64,000 nt of DNA from Octopus vulgaris (Eukaryota), in assembly GCA_951406725.2 (NCBI GenBank), contig OX597829.1, forward strand, positions 44,020,001 through 44,084,000, written 5' to 3'. This document shows, piece by piece, positions 40,226-52,666 of this stretch (position 1 is the first letter of the stretch; every line of letters starts with the position of its first letter). The translations under genes were made by a program, and so were the position numbers. Below the pieces are notes generated by a model, which worked only from the letters and a program-made list of their open reading frames with translations, searched no databases and was not told where the DNA came from.

Positions 40226-40356
40226 CAGGGTGTCCCAAAAAAATGTATACACATAGTGGTTCGGCAAAAGAGAACGATAGAATAAGTACTAGGCTTACAA
40301 AGAATAACAAATTTACAATTATTTAAGGTGTGTATACATTTTTTGGGGACACCCTA
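40226..40356. mobile_element. Tc1/mariner-type MITE (131 bp) containing a SINE A fragment
   Basis: TIRs cagggtgtcccaaaaaaatgtatacac / gtgtatacattttttggggacaccct, with TA on both sides. Internal ggttcggcaaaagag..gatagaataagtactaggcttacaaagaataa. Confidence 0.75.
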
Positions 40357-41194
40357 TATATTAAACACTAACTTTAATAAAACTACAACAAAGAGACATA
40401 TAAGTCAATGTACATTGTATGGGTGCTAATAGTAAACTGCAATAACTAAATTATAGCCCATACAAATAATAATCTCACCGGTCTTCCATAGATACTACTA
40501 AAATGAAAGCTAAAACCATTAAAAAATCTCTCCAACACAAAACACGATTGAAATTAATTTAACTAATATTTTTATGAGTGAAATACATTATTTCTTCATT
40601 AAAAAGTTAATAATAAAACACTACATACTCATTAATATATCACCACTGCAAGCTATAATATTAAATTACCAGTGACTAATATAAACATTAAATTTCATTA
40701 AACAGGAACTAATAAAAGTACTTATAATTAACTGGTTATTAAAAAAAAAACTTGCTATGTTTAAAGCTAATTAAACTGTTTAAAAGATAATAAAACTACA
40801 TGTATTAACACTCACATGTTTAATCAGACACGCGGTTCCCTGACTAAGCATTTGAAGGGCCAACTAAATATTGATGACGTAGTGTGTAATTACTACTCCA
40901 TCAATTGTCTCAATATTGGTGACGTAGAAAGCAAATAACTCGAATCTTAAACCTTCAAATCCTTACAGGTATTTGCTAAGCTGAAGACTAGATACTACCT
41001 CGTATTTATTTAAAATTTCAAGTTTCCCACCTAAACAGCGATTAAAAGTTTTAACCAATTTACCATATTTATATTCTTGTTTTACTAAATGCCTTAACAG
41101 TTATATATATATATATATATACATACACGGGCCGTATGTCCCTTACCCAATTGAGGATCACAATACATAATTTTTGTTGATTTTTTTTCTTACG

Positions 41195-41560
41195 CTGTAC
41201 GCCCGTGGGCAATTATAGAGTGAATTTTAGGGCTTATAAACTTATTATTTTATCTTTTCTTAACACTAGTTCCCATATTACATTCATATCTGCACTCGGT
41301 CTGCTTAGGATGTCATTGTGTCCTAGCATATGTGCAGCCTCTTTTAATTTTCGCATTTTCCCGTGGTGTACTCTGTTGATTATTTTAACTTCCTCCCACA
41401 GCGGGAGGTGGTTTCCGTTTTTCCATACATGATCAAATATACCCGATTTTTCAGCATCTCCTCGTGCCCCAGCTTTACGATGTTCCTCTACTCTTATTTA
41501 AGAGGCGGCATGTTTAGCCTTTGTAAACCTACCACAACTGTATGGGATAGAGTTAACGCA
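41195..41560 (-). mobile_element. Penelope-like GIY-YIG 3' fragment
   Basis: Homologous to 15605-16360 but without the CR1; KSGIFDHVWKNGNHLPLWEEVKIINRVHHGKMRKLKEAAHML. Confidence 0.75.
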
Positions 41561-41599
41561 GTTTTTGGTCATATTCTCTTCTATGGATGATTTTACTCG

Positions 41600-41950
41600 G
41601 AGAAGATATTTACGAAGTGTTGTATTACTCCTGAATACTCTTAACTAACCTTCACTGGACGATATCTCAACTTCAGTTCTCATCGTCCATACAGTATAAA
41701 GAGAGAGATTGTTCAGTGCCTAAAATATCGAGCAAAGACAATAAGTAGCGATCCTGATACACAAGGGGAAGAAATGATCAGGCTAAGAAACAATCTGCTG
41801 TGCAACAACTGCTCAAAGAACATACTGTCTACTCCAATTAAGGAGAGGAGTTAGGATGAAACCCATAAACTGAGCACAGTTTGTCTACCCTATGTCAAGA
41901 GCTTCTCTTAAAAGAGACAAAAGATATGCGGTCCATATGGGCTTAAGATT
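41600..41950 (+). mobile_element. Penelope-like RT thumb/linker fragment (opposite orientation)
   Basis: TGRYLNFSSHRPYSIKREIVQCLKYRAKTISSD..EEMIRLRNNLLCNN..TVCLPYVKS resembles the PLE motif YLxxxSxHP..K..RA..LPY. Confidence 0.7.
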
Positions 41951-42295
41951 CCAGCCTCCATCGTTTCTGCCCTGGTGTCTCGTGTTTCCTGAAGCGGGTT
42001 TGTCTATCGGCTTGAGACTCCAACACGCCATCGTTTATGCTCTGGTGCCTCGTGTTTCCTGAAGCGGGCTTGTCTATCGGCTTGAGACTCCAACACGCCA
42101 TCGTTTATGCTCTGGTCTCTCGTGTTTCCTCAACAAAGTTTGTTTATCATATTGAGACTCCAACCTCCGTCATTTCTGCTCTGATGCCTCGTGTTTTCTC
42201 AAGCGGGTTTGTCTACCGGCTTGAGACCCCTATCTCCGTCTTTTCCGCTCTTGTGACTTTTGTTCCATCAAGTAGGCTTGTCTGATGGTTTCAAA
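41940..42295. repeat. ~70-bp minisatellite, about 5 copies
   Basis: cgtgtttcct recurs at 41981, 42051, 42121 and ~42190. Confidence 0.9.
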
Positions 42296-42544
42296 CTGAA
42301 GTTTTACATCTCGTTGCTCTCGTGTCTTCACGGCATTTCGTTGTCCCATAAATCGGAACTTGCATTGCCTTTCTTCTTATGTGTCCTGTTTCCCTAGCTC
42401 TTTGACTTCGGGAACGTCCACCTTCAGATGATTGAAAACTATTATGTTGTATTCTACGCATCATAACGAATGTTCTAAAGTAAAATGTCTAAAATAAGAG
42501 AATAAAAAGAAAACTATATGTAGATGTTACACTTGCAGTTGCAC

Positions 42545-42602
42545 AAACCTTGTGAGTGGATTTGGTAGACGGAAATTGAAAGAAGCCCATCGTATATCTG
42601 TG

Positions 42603-42698
<96 letters not shown>

Positions 42699-42930
42699 TG
42701 TGTGTGTGTGTGTTTTGTGCGTCTGTGTTTGTCCCCCCACCCAACATCGCTTGACAACCGATGCTGGTGCGTTTACGTCCCTGTCACTTAGCGGTTCGGC
42801 AAAAGAGACCGATAGAATAAGTACTAGGCTTACAAAGAATAAGTCCTGGGGTCTATTTGCTCGACTGAAGGCCACATGCTCCAGCATGGCCACAATCAAA
42901 ATGACTGAAACAAGTGAAAGAGTAAAAAGA
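42545..42930 (+). mobile_element. SINE family A, 5'-truncated
   Basis: Matches the consensus from ccttgtgagtggatttgg onward. Confidence 0.85.
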
Positions 42931-44209
42931 ATTAAATCAAATATTTCCTACCTTTTCACTCCCTCATCCCTTTCATTTTTGTTTGTTTTTTTGGGGGGTT
43001 TTTTCGCTTATAATTCTGCTGCCAAAGTGATGAGAAAATGCTTTCTGCCAACGCAATACACCACCACGACCTTTTTTCTGCAGTTTAGTGTGGATATTCT
43101 GACTTATCTGTGCTACTGATACATTTGGCTTCTAAAGTATAAGGTATAAAACATTGCCTGTATTCATAATAAACTGAAAGAGACCACCAAATACGTATGA
43201 AGGCAGCTGTACTGAAAGTAATCTTGAAGGGTTAATGTTGGACGTTAAGCAAATGGAAATATTGTTTGTTTTTTTTTTTTTTGTTCTCTGCTACCTTTGG
43301 TTAAAGGCCCAGGTGTGTGTGTCTGTCTCTGTGTTTGTGCGTGTGTGTGTGTGTATGCATGCTTTTACTCAGTTTTTTCAAAATTTCTTGCCAATAGAGG
43401 AAGAACCGATTTCTAACATAGATCCAAGGCTCCTTCATTAGAATTTCAAAATCAATAACAGGGTATTTTCATTTGTATGTATGTATGTATGTATGTATAG
43501 ATTTGTATGCTTAAAGTATGTATTTAGCATTTCAGACATTCTAATATATATTTGAATGATAAACTTCTGGAAAGTTTTACAGATTTTTACACTTCCAGTC
43601 ATGGATTGGATCTGTAGTCTTCGAATTAACTCTCTCCTTTCTGGATTTGAGAAGCCTAATTTCTCAAGGTTGATATTTAGGCAGCGTGTTATATATCCCG
43701 GGATCCCAATAACGGAGTAAGTGCAGATTTCTCAATAGTTCAGCATAGGTGCTCTCTTTGAGAGTATGTGAGCATATGTAATTATTATGCCTTCTTACCA
43801 TCCGACTGCCCAAACAGTCGTTTATTTTGATCTATTGAACCACTATAGCAATAAGTACTTCCATAGTTTCTTTTTATTATTATTTGATGAATTAGCTATG
43901 TCTCAGGAAAACTCTAGGGTGACAAACCGAATTAAATTACTACGCTATTACGGCATTTAGTACTTATCTTCTGTTCATTAAATCCAACGAATAAGTGACT
44001 GTGGGTACGCGAGCGCATGCGTGTACGTATGCGTGTGTGCATGTTTGTGTGTGTGTGTGAATAGAAAATTAATCTGGCTGACCTATAATTGATGAGGTAT
44101 TTGCCGATTGTAATGGTCATGCTGCTTTTATAGTACGGCAACTGTCGATTCTAATAGTTAACCACAGGTTACTCTCCATCCTGTAGACTTTCCACTGAAG
44201 ACGTTGCTA

Positions 44210-44885
44210 ATGCTGGTTTGAAATTTTGATAAAAGGCTAGCAATTTTGTGTGAGGGTTATGTCGATTACATTGAACCCCAGTGCCCAATATGTACATAAT
44301 TTTATCGACCTCCCAAAAGGATGAAATGCATAGTAAACTTCAATCGAATTTGAACTCAGAACATATGAACGGACGAAATGCTGCTATGCACGTTGCCTAC
44401 TGTGCTAACGATTTTACCAGCACGCCACCATAAAGTTGTTGCTAATACCAACAATTAGTAATGCAGCGAGCTGGCGGAATTGTAAGCACGCCGGGCGAAA
44501 TGCTTAGCAGTATTTCGTCTGCCGTAACGTTCTGAGTTCAAATTCCGCCAAGGTCGACTTTGCTTTTCATCCCTTCCGGGTCGATAAATTAAGTACCAGT
44601 TACACACTGGGGTCGATATAATCGACTTAATCCCTTGTCTTTCCTTGTTTGTCCTCTCAGTGTTTAGCCCGTTGTGGACAATAAAGAAATAAGAATCGTA
44701 AGCACGCCGGGCGAAATGCTTAGCGGTATTTCGTCTTCATGTTCTGAGTTCGAATTTTGTCGAGGTCGAAATTGCCTTTCATATATATCAGGGCCGAAAA
44801 ATTAAGTACCAGTTGAGTACTGAGGGCGACGTAAACGACTTACTCTGCCCCCGAAATTGCTGGCCTTGCGCCAAAATTTGAAATC
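44210..44885. mobile_element. SINE family B cluster (diverged - copy 44210-44430; + copies 44465-44885)
   Basis: Matches the family consensus on both strands. Confidence 0.8.
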
Positions 44886-45504
44886 AATTCTAACATCCTG
44901 TCTTATGTTTAAACTTAGGGGCTATGTATATGTATACAGCTACACTACTCAATTAGTCCTTTATCTAACTGTTAAACGCCGGTATGTTTGGATGATTCTT
45001 TCTCTATTAGACCAAGCGACCAAATATGAAACCCTAGGTCGTGGCGCAGTTGATATGGGTTCTGCTTTTATTTGAAACATTGTTGTTGTTGTAATTGCTA
45101 CTGTTGACGTCGTCCACGTTGTTGCTGTCGTTGGTGATGTTATTTAAACCCTGATCAACTTTGATGAAGCACAAACAGGAAATCAGTAAACGTCCAATCT
45201 TTTATTCAGATCAATATAAAATGGATTACATTAAACGATAGCAATTTGTTCCTTTCTTAAGAAGGCCGCTTATAAAAATAAGGAATATGTATTTCATAGC
45301 TATTTTTTAGCAAACCGTCCGACTTATTTCGTGCAGTTAGGTTATATTCGCTATTGTATATACTCAATAAAGTTCTGAAGTAAGCAGAACTAAATTCCGT
45401 TTTCTTGTTTCTTTTTCAAACAGGGAGTTTGTATGATGATTAAATTCTCCAACGAGCCCGTCATATTTTTATAAGGGCTGGTTATTTGACTTATAGAGTG
45501 ACTA

Positions 45505-45796
45505 GTAGGAGCACTCCGTCGGTTGCGACGATGAGGGTCCCAGCTGATCCGAATCAACGGAACAGCTTGCTTGTGATATGAACGTGCAAGTGGCTGAGCA
45601 CTCCACAGACACGTGTACCCTTAACGTAGTTTTCGAGGAGATTCAGCGTGACACACAGAATGTGACAAGGCTGGCCCTTTGAAATACAGGTACAAGAGAA
45701 ACAGGAAGAAAGAGCGAGAGGAAGTTGTGGTGAAAGAGTACAGCAGGGTTCACCACCACCCCCTGCTGGAGCCTCGTGGAGCTTTAGGTGTTTTCG
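45505..45796 (-). mobile_element. SINE family C tail type 2, 5'-truncated, with TSD
   Basis: Reverse-complement match to 23935-24226; TSD atagagtgacta at 45493-45504 and 45797-45808. Confidence 0.85.
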
Positions 45797-46083
45797 ATAG
45801 AGTGACTACTGCCAAACACACTTCACTCGGAGAGTTTTGCAAGACACTAAATTCATGACACTAAATTCTATTGCTGGCCTAACTCCCGAAAACAAAATTT
45901 TCAAATCTTAACCTTAAATATCTTATTTCATGTTACGACTGCTCATAACAATGACCCCAGAGAAACCCAAACGCTCTTATGAAACTTTGTACGCACTACT
46001 TAAGTGCATCTTAGGAGACATATTTAAAAACAGTTTCCGGAGAAAGTTGACACGGGATTATTTGTGGCCCCTAATAAGCTATA

Positions 46084-46395
46084 TCACGTGATCACGTGAC
46101 AGACCAGACCATTAGATGTTGTTACACATCGCTGGTCACAATGCGTTCGCATTGTTTTTAGCCTTCGAATGACGCTACCCCGCTGGCTAAGCGAGCAGGC
46201 CAACAGAAGAAAGTGGAGTGGGAGAAAGAGTGGTGAAAGACTATACAGCAGGGATCACCACCCCCTGCCGGAGCCTCGTGGAGCTTTTAGGTGTTTTCGC
46301 TCAATAAACACTCACAACGCCCGGTCTGGGAATCGAAACCGCGATCCTGCGACCGCGAGTCCTCTGCCCTAACCACTAGGCCATTGCGCCTCCAC
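46084..46395 (-). mobile_element. SINE family C tail type 1
   Basis: tRNA-like head; ends in a (tcacgtga)n tail. Confidence 0.85.
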
Positions 46396-46531
46396 ATTAA
46401 GCTATATAGTTTGTGCGAATGCTTGTTATATTTCTTTGTTATTATTATTATATTAAATTCTCAGCGACAAGACTGTCCAACATATCTACTTTTATTTTTC
46501 TTTGTTACCTCTACCTAGCTAAACAACAACT

Positions 46532-47059
46532 TTCTAACTAGAAAAGGTATGGCCTGGTCAGCCTGTAATGACATGCATAAGATCTGGTCATCAAATCTAA
46601 GTAGAGACTTCAAACTTGAAATATTCAAAGCCACAGTCGAACCAATCCTACTATATGGCTCAGAAACCTGGACGTTATCAAAGAAGCTTGAGAGGCGGTT
46701 GGATGGAACCTACACTCGCCTCCTTATGAGAGCTCAAAATCTCTCGTGGAAACGCCATCCAACTAAAATGCAAATATATGGGAAATTACCACCTGTGTCA
46801 TCTCTTGTGAAAGGTAGGAGAGTCCAGTTTGCTGGACATTGTTGTAGAGCTGAAAAAGAAGTAATTTCTACTCTTCTCCTCTGGAAGCCATCTACTCGCA
46901 ATACCAGAGGGCGCACACTCTCCTACCCTGATGTAATCTCCAGGGATACAGGCATCCAGCAACAGGACCTCCGTAATGCTATGATGGACCGTGAAGTCTG
47001 GCGCAACATGGTAAATTCCATTGTCTCGACCACGGTCGAACAATGATGAATGATGATGA
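46532..47059 (+). mobile_element. RTE-clade LINE, 5'-truncated, ORF end still open
   Basis: VEPILLYGSETWTL..RLDGTYTRLL..RRVQFAGHC..AMMDREVWR; (TGA)n tail; TSD aacaact at 46525-46531 and 47060-47066. Confidence 0.88.
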
Positions 47060-47552
47060 AACAACTGTAACGATGTAGTCAATTTAAAAGGTTTCGATTT
47101 CGATTCTTCGCTATTATCACCAACACATACATCTCGAGGGCACTTATTGAAATTTCTTAAAATACTTGTGCATAAACTGACCTTAAAAGAAGCCTGTCTT
47201 TTCACATGACCAGCTTCATGGGGGCTCTTCAAATAGTGGAAACTCCGATGATCATTTTATCATAGAACCAAGATTGTTATTGAGCAACACATTTTTGCTG
47301 TAATTTTTCGTTAATGAAAAATAGACAAAGATCTTCTTTGGCAGTTATTTTGTAAGGCAGATTACTGCATGCAGTTACCCTGATACAATAGACGGGTAGT
47401 GTCGGGTACATCCGCTGGTACACATACATAATGTTATGATGAAATAAAAACTTACATTCAAGATTTTTTCTTTTTCTGCCGTGAGAAATAAATGATCAAC
47501 AAATGAGGTTTCATTAAAAGCTGTCATTAGCTGATCCTTTATTAATTACGTT

Positions 47553-48458
47553 TTAAAATTTATCATTAGTGTCTTTTAAAATCTCTACAATTTCCTCGTA
47601 AAATACTTTCAAAGTTTGAATTAATTTCGGTGTCAAATAATCAGTTGTATCCAACACATTAGCTACTGGGAAACAGGCGCTTTCTATTTTTTTCATTGCT
47701 TCTGACAACAAACTATTCCTTTTCTTAACAGTATCCAAAGAATACTTCAGTTGCATGTTATCATGTTCTAAACTAATGTTGTTCTGTTCCAGTGCCGTTG
47801 TAATTGACTTGAAGTAGTTATTGTCATTAGCAGTCACAGCGCTCGAGATTTCGTCGGAATCTACTGGTATTTTTGGTTCATCTTTCTTATCATCTGTTTT
47901 GGTTTCCGTGTTTGTCGTATATTTATTACATTTCGTATCATGTTCCCCATTTCCTAATTGTGCTTCGATTATTGCTTCGGGTTCGGGTGTATCCTTATCG
48001 ACTTCAGGATTAGGTGTTCCCGACTTCGGGGTATCACCGACATTCTTTAAAATTATCGTTTTTTTCTTGCAATATTGAGCGCGTAGCTGGCATATGTCAT
48101 AGGGATGCTTGTTGTAATTCGCATCAAAGAATGCTTTAAACCACAATCCAAAGAAAAAGTTGTGCTTAAACGTTCCCTTTATAAGGTCATCAATAGGAAT
48201 GTCCTTCTTCAAATTAATCGTATTCAGAGCATTTCTAAATTGCTTGAAATTCATGCGTCTGAAATAGTCACAAGCATCAACGAATTTTACTTTTTTGATA
48301 TCTATGGTACCTGGAAATAATATTTCCATGCCGAGGCAAAAATCTGCTCCTGTTGCAAGTTCTTCGATGCTCTGAATCTCTGGTGAAAGGTATTTTCGAA
48401 ACCAGTTGAGCAATTCAGTTTTACTGATATCTTTTACATGAAAATGAGTGACTGCCAT
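47553..48458 (-). CDS. Intronless divergent EB1/RP-EB family microtubule end-binding protein (CH domain + degenerate EBH coiled coil)
   Basis: ELLNW..IEELATGADFC..MEILFPGTIDIKKVKF..NFK..IPIDDLIKGTFKHNFFFGLWFKAFFDANY matches the EB1 CH signature. The C-terminal LKYSLDTV..KIESAC..IVEILKDTNDKF parallels the EBH domain. Good Kozak context (attATGG); AATAAA at 47538-47543 just after the stop. Confidence 0.9.
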   Translation of the reverse strand: MAVTHFHVKDISKTELLNWFRKYLSPEIQSIEELATGADFCLGMEILFPGTIDIKKVKFVDACDYFRRMNFKQFRNALNTINLKKDIPIDDLIKGTFKHNFFFGLWFKAFFDANYNKHPYDICQLRAQYCKKKTIILKNVGDTPKSGTPNPEVDKDTPEPEAIIEAQLGNGEHDTKCNKYTTNTETKTDDKKDEPKIPVDSDEISSAVTANDNNYFKSITTALEQNNISLEHDNMQLKYSLDTVKKRNSLLSEAMKKIESACFPVANVLDTTDYLTPKLIQTLKVFYEEIVEILKDTNDKF

Positions 48459-48860
48459 AATGGAAATATGACAAATGAAGTAATGAGAGAGAGCGACAAG
48501 TCAACAGAATAAAGAAAATTACAGATTCCACTTATATTATTGACGTTAAAGAATTTAAACGTTAACTATTTTACGATAGCGTCTGTTACTTTTAGATTCC
48601 TTTGATTTTGCTGTTTTTTTGTTTTTGTTTTTGTTTTTTGTGTGGTTTTTTCGAGAATAGACAATTTTTTCTGTTTGAAGAAAAACTTAGTAATAAAACG
48701 TGATTTGTTAATGACGTAGCAACGCAAAGACTTCGTTTTTACTTTCTGCATAATACTTTCCTGAAATAACAACGTTATATTAAACCTATGCTATGATCAT
48801 TCTCTACAGACACACGTGTATATATGTGCGTGTGTAAGTTTGAGAGAAAAAATGAGAGAA

Positions 48861-48902
<42 letters not shown>

Positions 48903-49763
48903 TGTGTGCGTGCGTGTGTGTGTATGTGTGTGTGTGTGTGTGTTACAATGCAAAGAATTGGCAGAATTATTTGGTGAATTGCGCAAAATGCTTTGCAACA
49001 TTTGTTCTGGCTTTTTCAAATACTGTTTCAACTGAACTAGACAGATGAGTTCTGAGCAGGTGGGGTCAACAGTTCAACTATCAAGATCAGTAAATTTAAG
49101 AAGATAAATAATGCGTCTTGGTACAACATCTCCGCAAGGTTTTCAATTGAAAGCAAACTGGATTTGTTGTATAGATACGATAATCTTTATCTAATTTATC
49201 TTTACTACACTGTGGAGCTTAACAATGGTTTCGTCTTCAAAACAGCAAAAGGGAACCAAAGTAAGGAACACAGAAAAAAAAGGGTGGGGTTTAAATAACA
49301 GAAGATGCAGGGAGACGATGCACATCCCAGAATAAATGAGGCTCGTGAAGTGGATTGTTGCTGGCCATTCTCCGCGATACAACGAATCAGTAGACTAGAT
49401 TACATAGAACTCTTACTGCATAGAACAAAAATGCTTTGTTATAGTTCTTCCGATTTTCCATGTCCTCACTCCCAAGGGATGTGAGTCAAAATTATCAGTA
49501 CCTATCCGACAAGATGGTTTTCTAGTAAAACAAATTGCCCGACGGAAGAAATAAGAAAACCGCCTTTGAATTCTCTCACGGAAACACCATGTCAAGTACA
49601 GAGTGTTCGACAAAGAATGCTTCGCTGGCTTGGCGATACTTAAAGGAATAAAGTCTTTAGGGCGATGCTGTGCTACACTTGTTAATTGTTTTTAACCAGA
49701 TTCCTCAGTGTGCTAATATCTTAACGTTTATATTCATTCTAAATTCTAAATCTTCTGCTGCAA

Positions 49764-49797
<34 letters not shown>

Positions 49798-49800
49798 AAC

Positions 49801-49831
<31 letters not shown>

Positions 49832-50469
49832 CTGAAGTTCCTTAGGGGACAACGGTATGCATATACCGAAGAGATGAACGCCTAGAGTAGACAAGAATAA
49901 TTTTATTAACGATTTTCTGTTATTTCTTTATCAGTTCTTTTCCGTATGGCAAAACTATGAAAACGAAAGGGTACAGTGGAATTCTGCTTTGAGAACGCCA
50001 TAAAAAGGCCTCATTACTTTTTTACATTGTGGAATTTTTAGACAATTTTTTTGCGAATTTGTATTCTAATCACTGGGATTCACGCAATTACGGGGAAAAA
50101 CAAATATTTTTCGAATTTTTCGAAATTTAAAAATGTTTTGAATTTTTATTTTAAAATCCCAGTTTAAAATTATGACCGTCCAGAATTTTGGCTTAACAAC
50201 TACATATCCCTTAAATCACCTCAAAACATATTTTTTGGGAATTTTTAGAAAACGTTTGTAAATTTGTGTTCTACACACGGGAATTCATACGATTATGCAA
50301 AAACAAAAAAGAAAAATTTCGCTGGGTGATTGAAGGGCTTAAAATAGAAAATCCCGACGGGAATAGAAAAGAAAGCAAAGAAGATAAAACACAAGTAAAA
50401 ATTTTTTGCTAAAGGTACGATGCAGAGGGAAGGTGGTGAGATTTTTATTTTTTAAATGTGACTTGAATG

Positions 50470-50640
50470 TGCTTCAGAATGTGGAATACAATGAAATAAC
50501 GATGGATGGAAACATGAACAAAGACAAGGCTACAAAGATTTTGCATTGAAGTTCAATCTTTTATGTAGAGAATTTACTTGAAAATTGGTAAACAAGTCCA
50601 GGAAAATATGATATACTGGCAATCCCAGAAGTGATAAGCA
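50470..50640 (+). pseudogene. Small hAT (ZMYM1-like) transposase remnant
   Basis: aacatgaacaaagacaaggctacaaagattttgcattgaagttca is homologous to 53280-53323. Confidence 0.45.
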
Positions 50641-50649
50641 GTTATATTA

Positions 50650-50895
50650 CCTGCTTCGATTTCGGGCGAATTTTTCTCATATCAGGGTAAGGTGCTCCCG
50701 ACTTGAAGGTATCACCAACATTCTTAATTGACGATTTGTTCCCTCCAATATTGAGTTCGTAGTTGACGTATATCATAGTGATATAAGATGTATTTGGCAT
50801 CAAAGATTGCTTTAAATCCCAACTTAATGAAAAAGTATTTCAACATTCTTTTGTTCAGGATATCAATAAGAATGTCCTACATAAAACTGAATCCA
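50650..50895 (-). pseudogene. EB1-like gene fragment
   Basis: Nucleotide homology to 47960-48220 (ggtg.tcccgactt..ggtatcacc.acattctt; gcatcaaaga.tgctttaaa; atcaata.gaatgtcct). Confidence 0.75.
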
Positions 50896-51105
50896 CAGTA
50901 GTCCGTAATAGCTTCAGGATATCTGCTGTAAAAAGAATGATTAACGGTTGTATCCAAAACATTAGCCCGTCGGAGACTGCAGCAGGAGTAAATGGAATGA
51001 GTATGTTCCAGTTATCACTTCCAGATTTATTCTATTTTTGAAACTATTTTCTTTTGCTTCATTTCAGATTATATACTATACTCTAACACATAATATCTAA
51101 AAGTA

Positions 51106-52040
51106 CCACGGAAAATTCAAATGTCTGGAGCTAGAAAACAAAAATTTTTTTGAAGATGAAGTTGAAAACAGTGCTGCCTTATTGGCATAGACACATGCGC
51201 CTTACAAAAGTGATTCTTTGCTTCGAAAGAAAATGGAATCTCAGGAGTTAATGATGAAGAGCCAGTATCAGATGTCTCTTTTGAGGACGAAGCCGCAAAC
51301 CCAAATACATCTGCAGAAAATAGCAAGAACGTATCACCTCAAAATATTGAAGGCGGAGAATCATCATGTTTTGTCATTCATAGTAAACCGGAAAGGAAAC
51401 ACGAAATACTGGACTGGAGAATTGTGCCGTATTTTGTTTGAGACAATATTCTTAGCTGCGAGAAATTTGGCATTTAGAGTGAAAAGAATATTGGCACTAA
51501 ACACAATGGGAATTTTCCCGGAATTATGGAACTACTAGCACAATTTGATCCATTTCTCACGGATCGCTTGAGAACATTTGGTAATATTAGTAGTGTTGCT
51601 AATCATACTTATTACCTACCGTCTACGAAGAAATTGTTCTGTTTATGACAAAATGTCAAGAATTATATTGTTGGAGAACTTAAAACTTCTAAGTATTTCC
51701 TATTCTGTAGATTGAACACCAGACCGGGATTATGTTTACCAAATAACAGCAATTGAGCATTACGTTATTCCTTGTAAACCAATAAGGTTATTAACTTTGC
51801 TGCCAACTGGATCCCACAAATCAAAAGTACTGGTTGCGTCTGTCTTAGAATTCCTGATATAAGAGGGTATAAAGTCTGCAGGAGACAGTTCTATGACAAC
51901 GCCACTAATATATCCGTTCACTATACAGGAATGCAAGCTAGACTCAAGGGAAATAATCTAGCTGCAGTTTTCATTCCCTGCGCTACTCATTCTTTGAATC
52001 TGGTTGGACAAGCTGCTGCTTCTTACTGTGTTAAGTTCTC
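51106..52040 (+). pseudogene. Degenerate hAT transposase (ZMYM1/THAP12-like)
   Basis: PRKIQMSGARKQK; IFLAARNLAFR..HNGNFPGIMELLAQFDPFL; QFYDNATNISVHYTGMQARLK..AVFIPCATHSLNLVG. Many stops and frameshifts. Confidence 0.8.
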
Positions 52041-52045
52041 ATCCT

Positions 52046-52450
52046 ATGTTGTTCTGGTCCAGTGGCGTTGTAATCATCTTGAAGTGCTTATTGTCATCAG
52101 TTGCATGATCGAGATTTCGTAGGAATCTAGTAGTACATTTGACGCACCTTTCTTGTTAACCGTTTCGTCTTTCGAATCCCGTTTGTTATTCATTAATTCT
52201 GCTTCCGTTATTGATACGGGCTCAGGCAAATACTTCTCATCGATTTCGAGATGAGGTGCTCCCGATATCGGGGTATTTACCAATATTTTTAACGATTTTG
52301 TCCTCGAGTATCCAGTGCGTAAATGGTATATGTTAGTGATACAAGTTGTTGGCATTAAAGAAAGCTGTAAATTACAATCCAAAGTAAAATTGTATTTGAA
52401 TATTCCCTTGAAGAGGTCATCAATAGAAATGTCTTGTATATCATTAAATT
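52046..52450 (-). pseudogene. EB1-like gene fragment
   Basis: Homologous to 47776-48220. The peptide NTPISGAPHLEIDEKYLPEPVSITEAEL..VLLDSYEIS parallels DTPKSGTPNPEVDKDTPEPEAIIEAQL..IPVDSDEIS. Confidence 0.8.
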
Positions 52451-52666
52451 CACAGTAGTTCGTAATTGCCGCAAATTATATGGGGGAAATAAATAAGTGA
52501 TTAACAATTGTATCCAAGACAGTAGCCACTAGGAAATAGTGTATAAACATAAAATAGCTTGAGTCTACGTTGCTGTTATCAGTTCCAGCCTTCTCTTATT
52601 TTTGAAACCATTTTCTTTTGTTTTAATTCCGATTATATATCATACTCGAACACAGAATATTTAAGA

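Noticed and set aside
41940-42295. Possible CRISPR-like array
   Set aside because: Whole 70-bp units are repeated with no unique spacers, there are no cas genes, and the context is eukaryotic.
49420-49645. Possible exon or LINE remnant (SVRQRMLRWLG)
   Set aside because: Only a short RTE-like motif amid stops; too weak to call.
49960-50460. AT-rich segment with an internal ~190-bp-offset repeat, possibly a DNA transposon end
   Set aside because: No TIR, TSD or second copy could be identified in the window.
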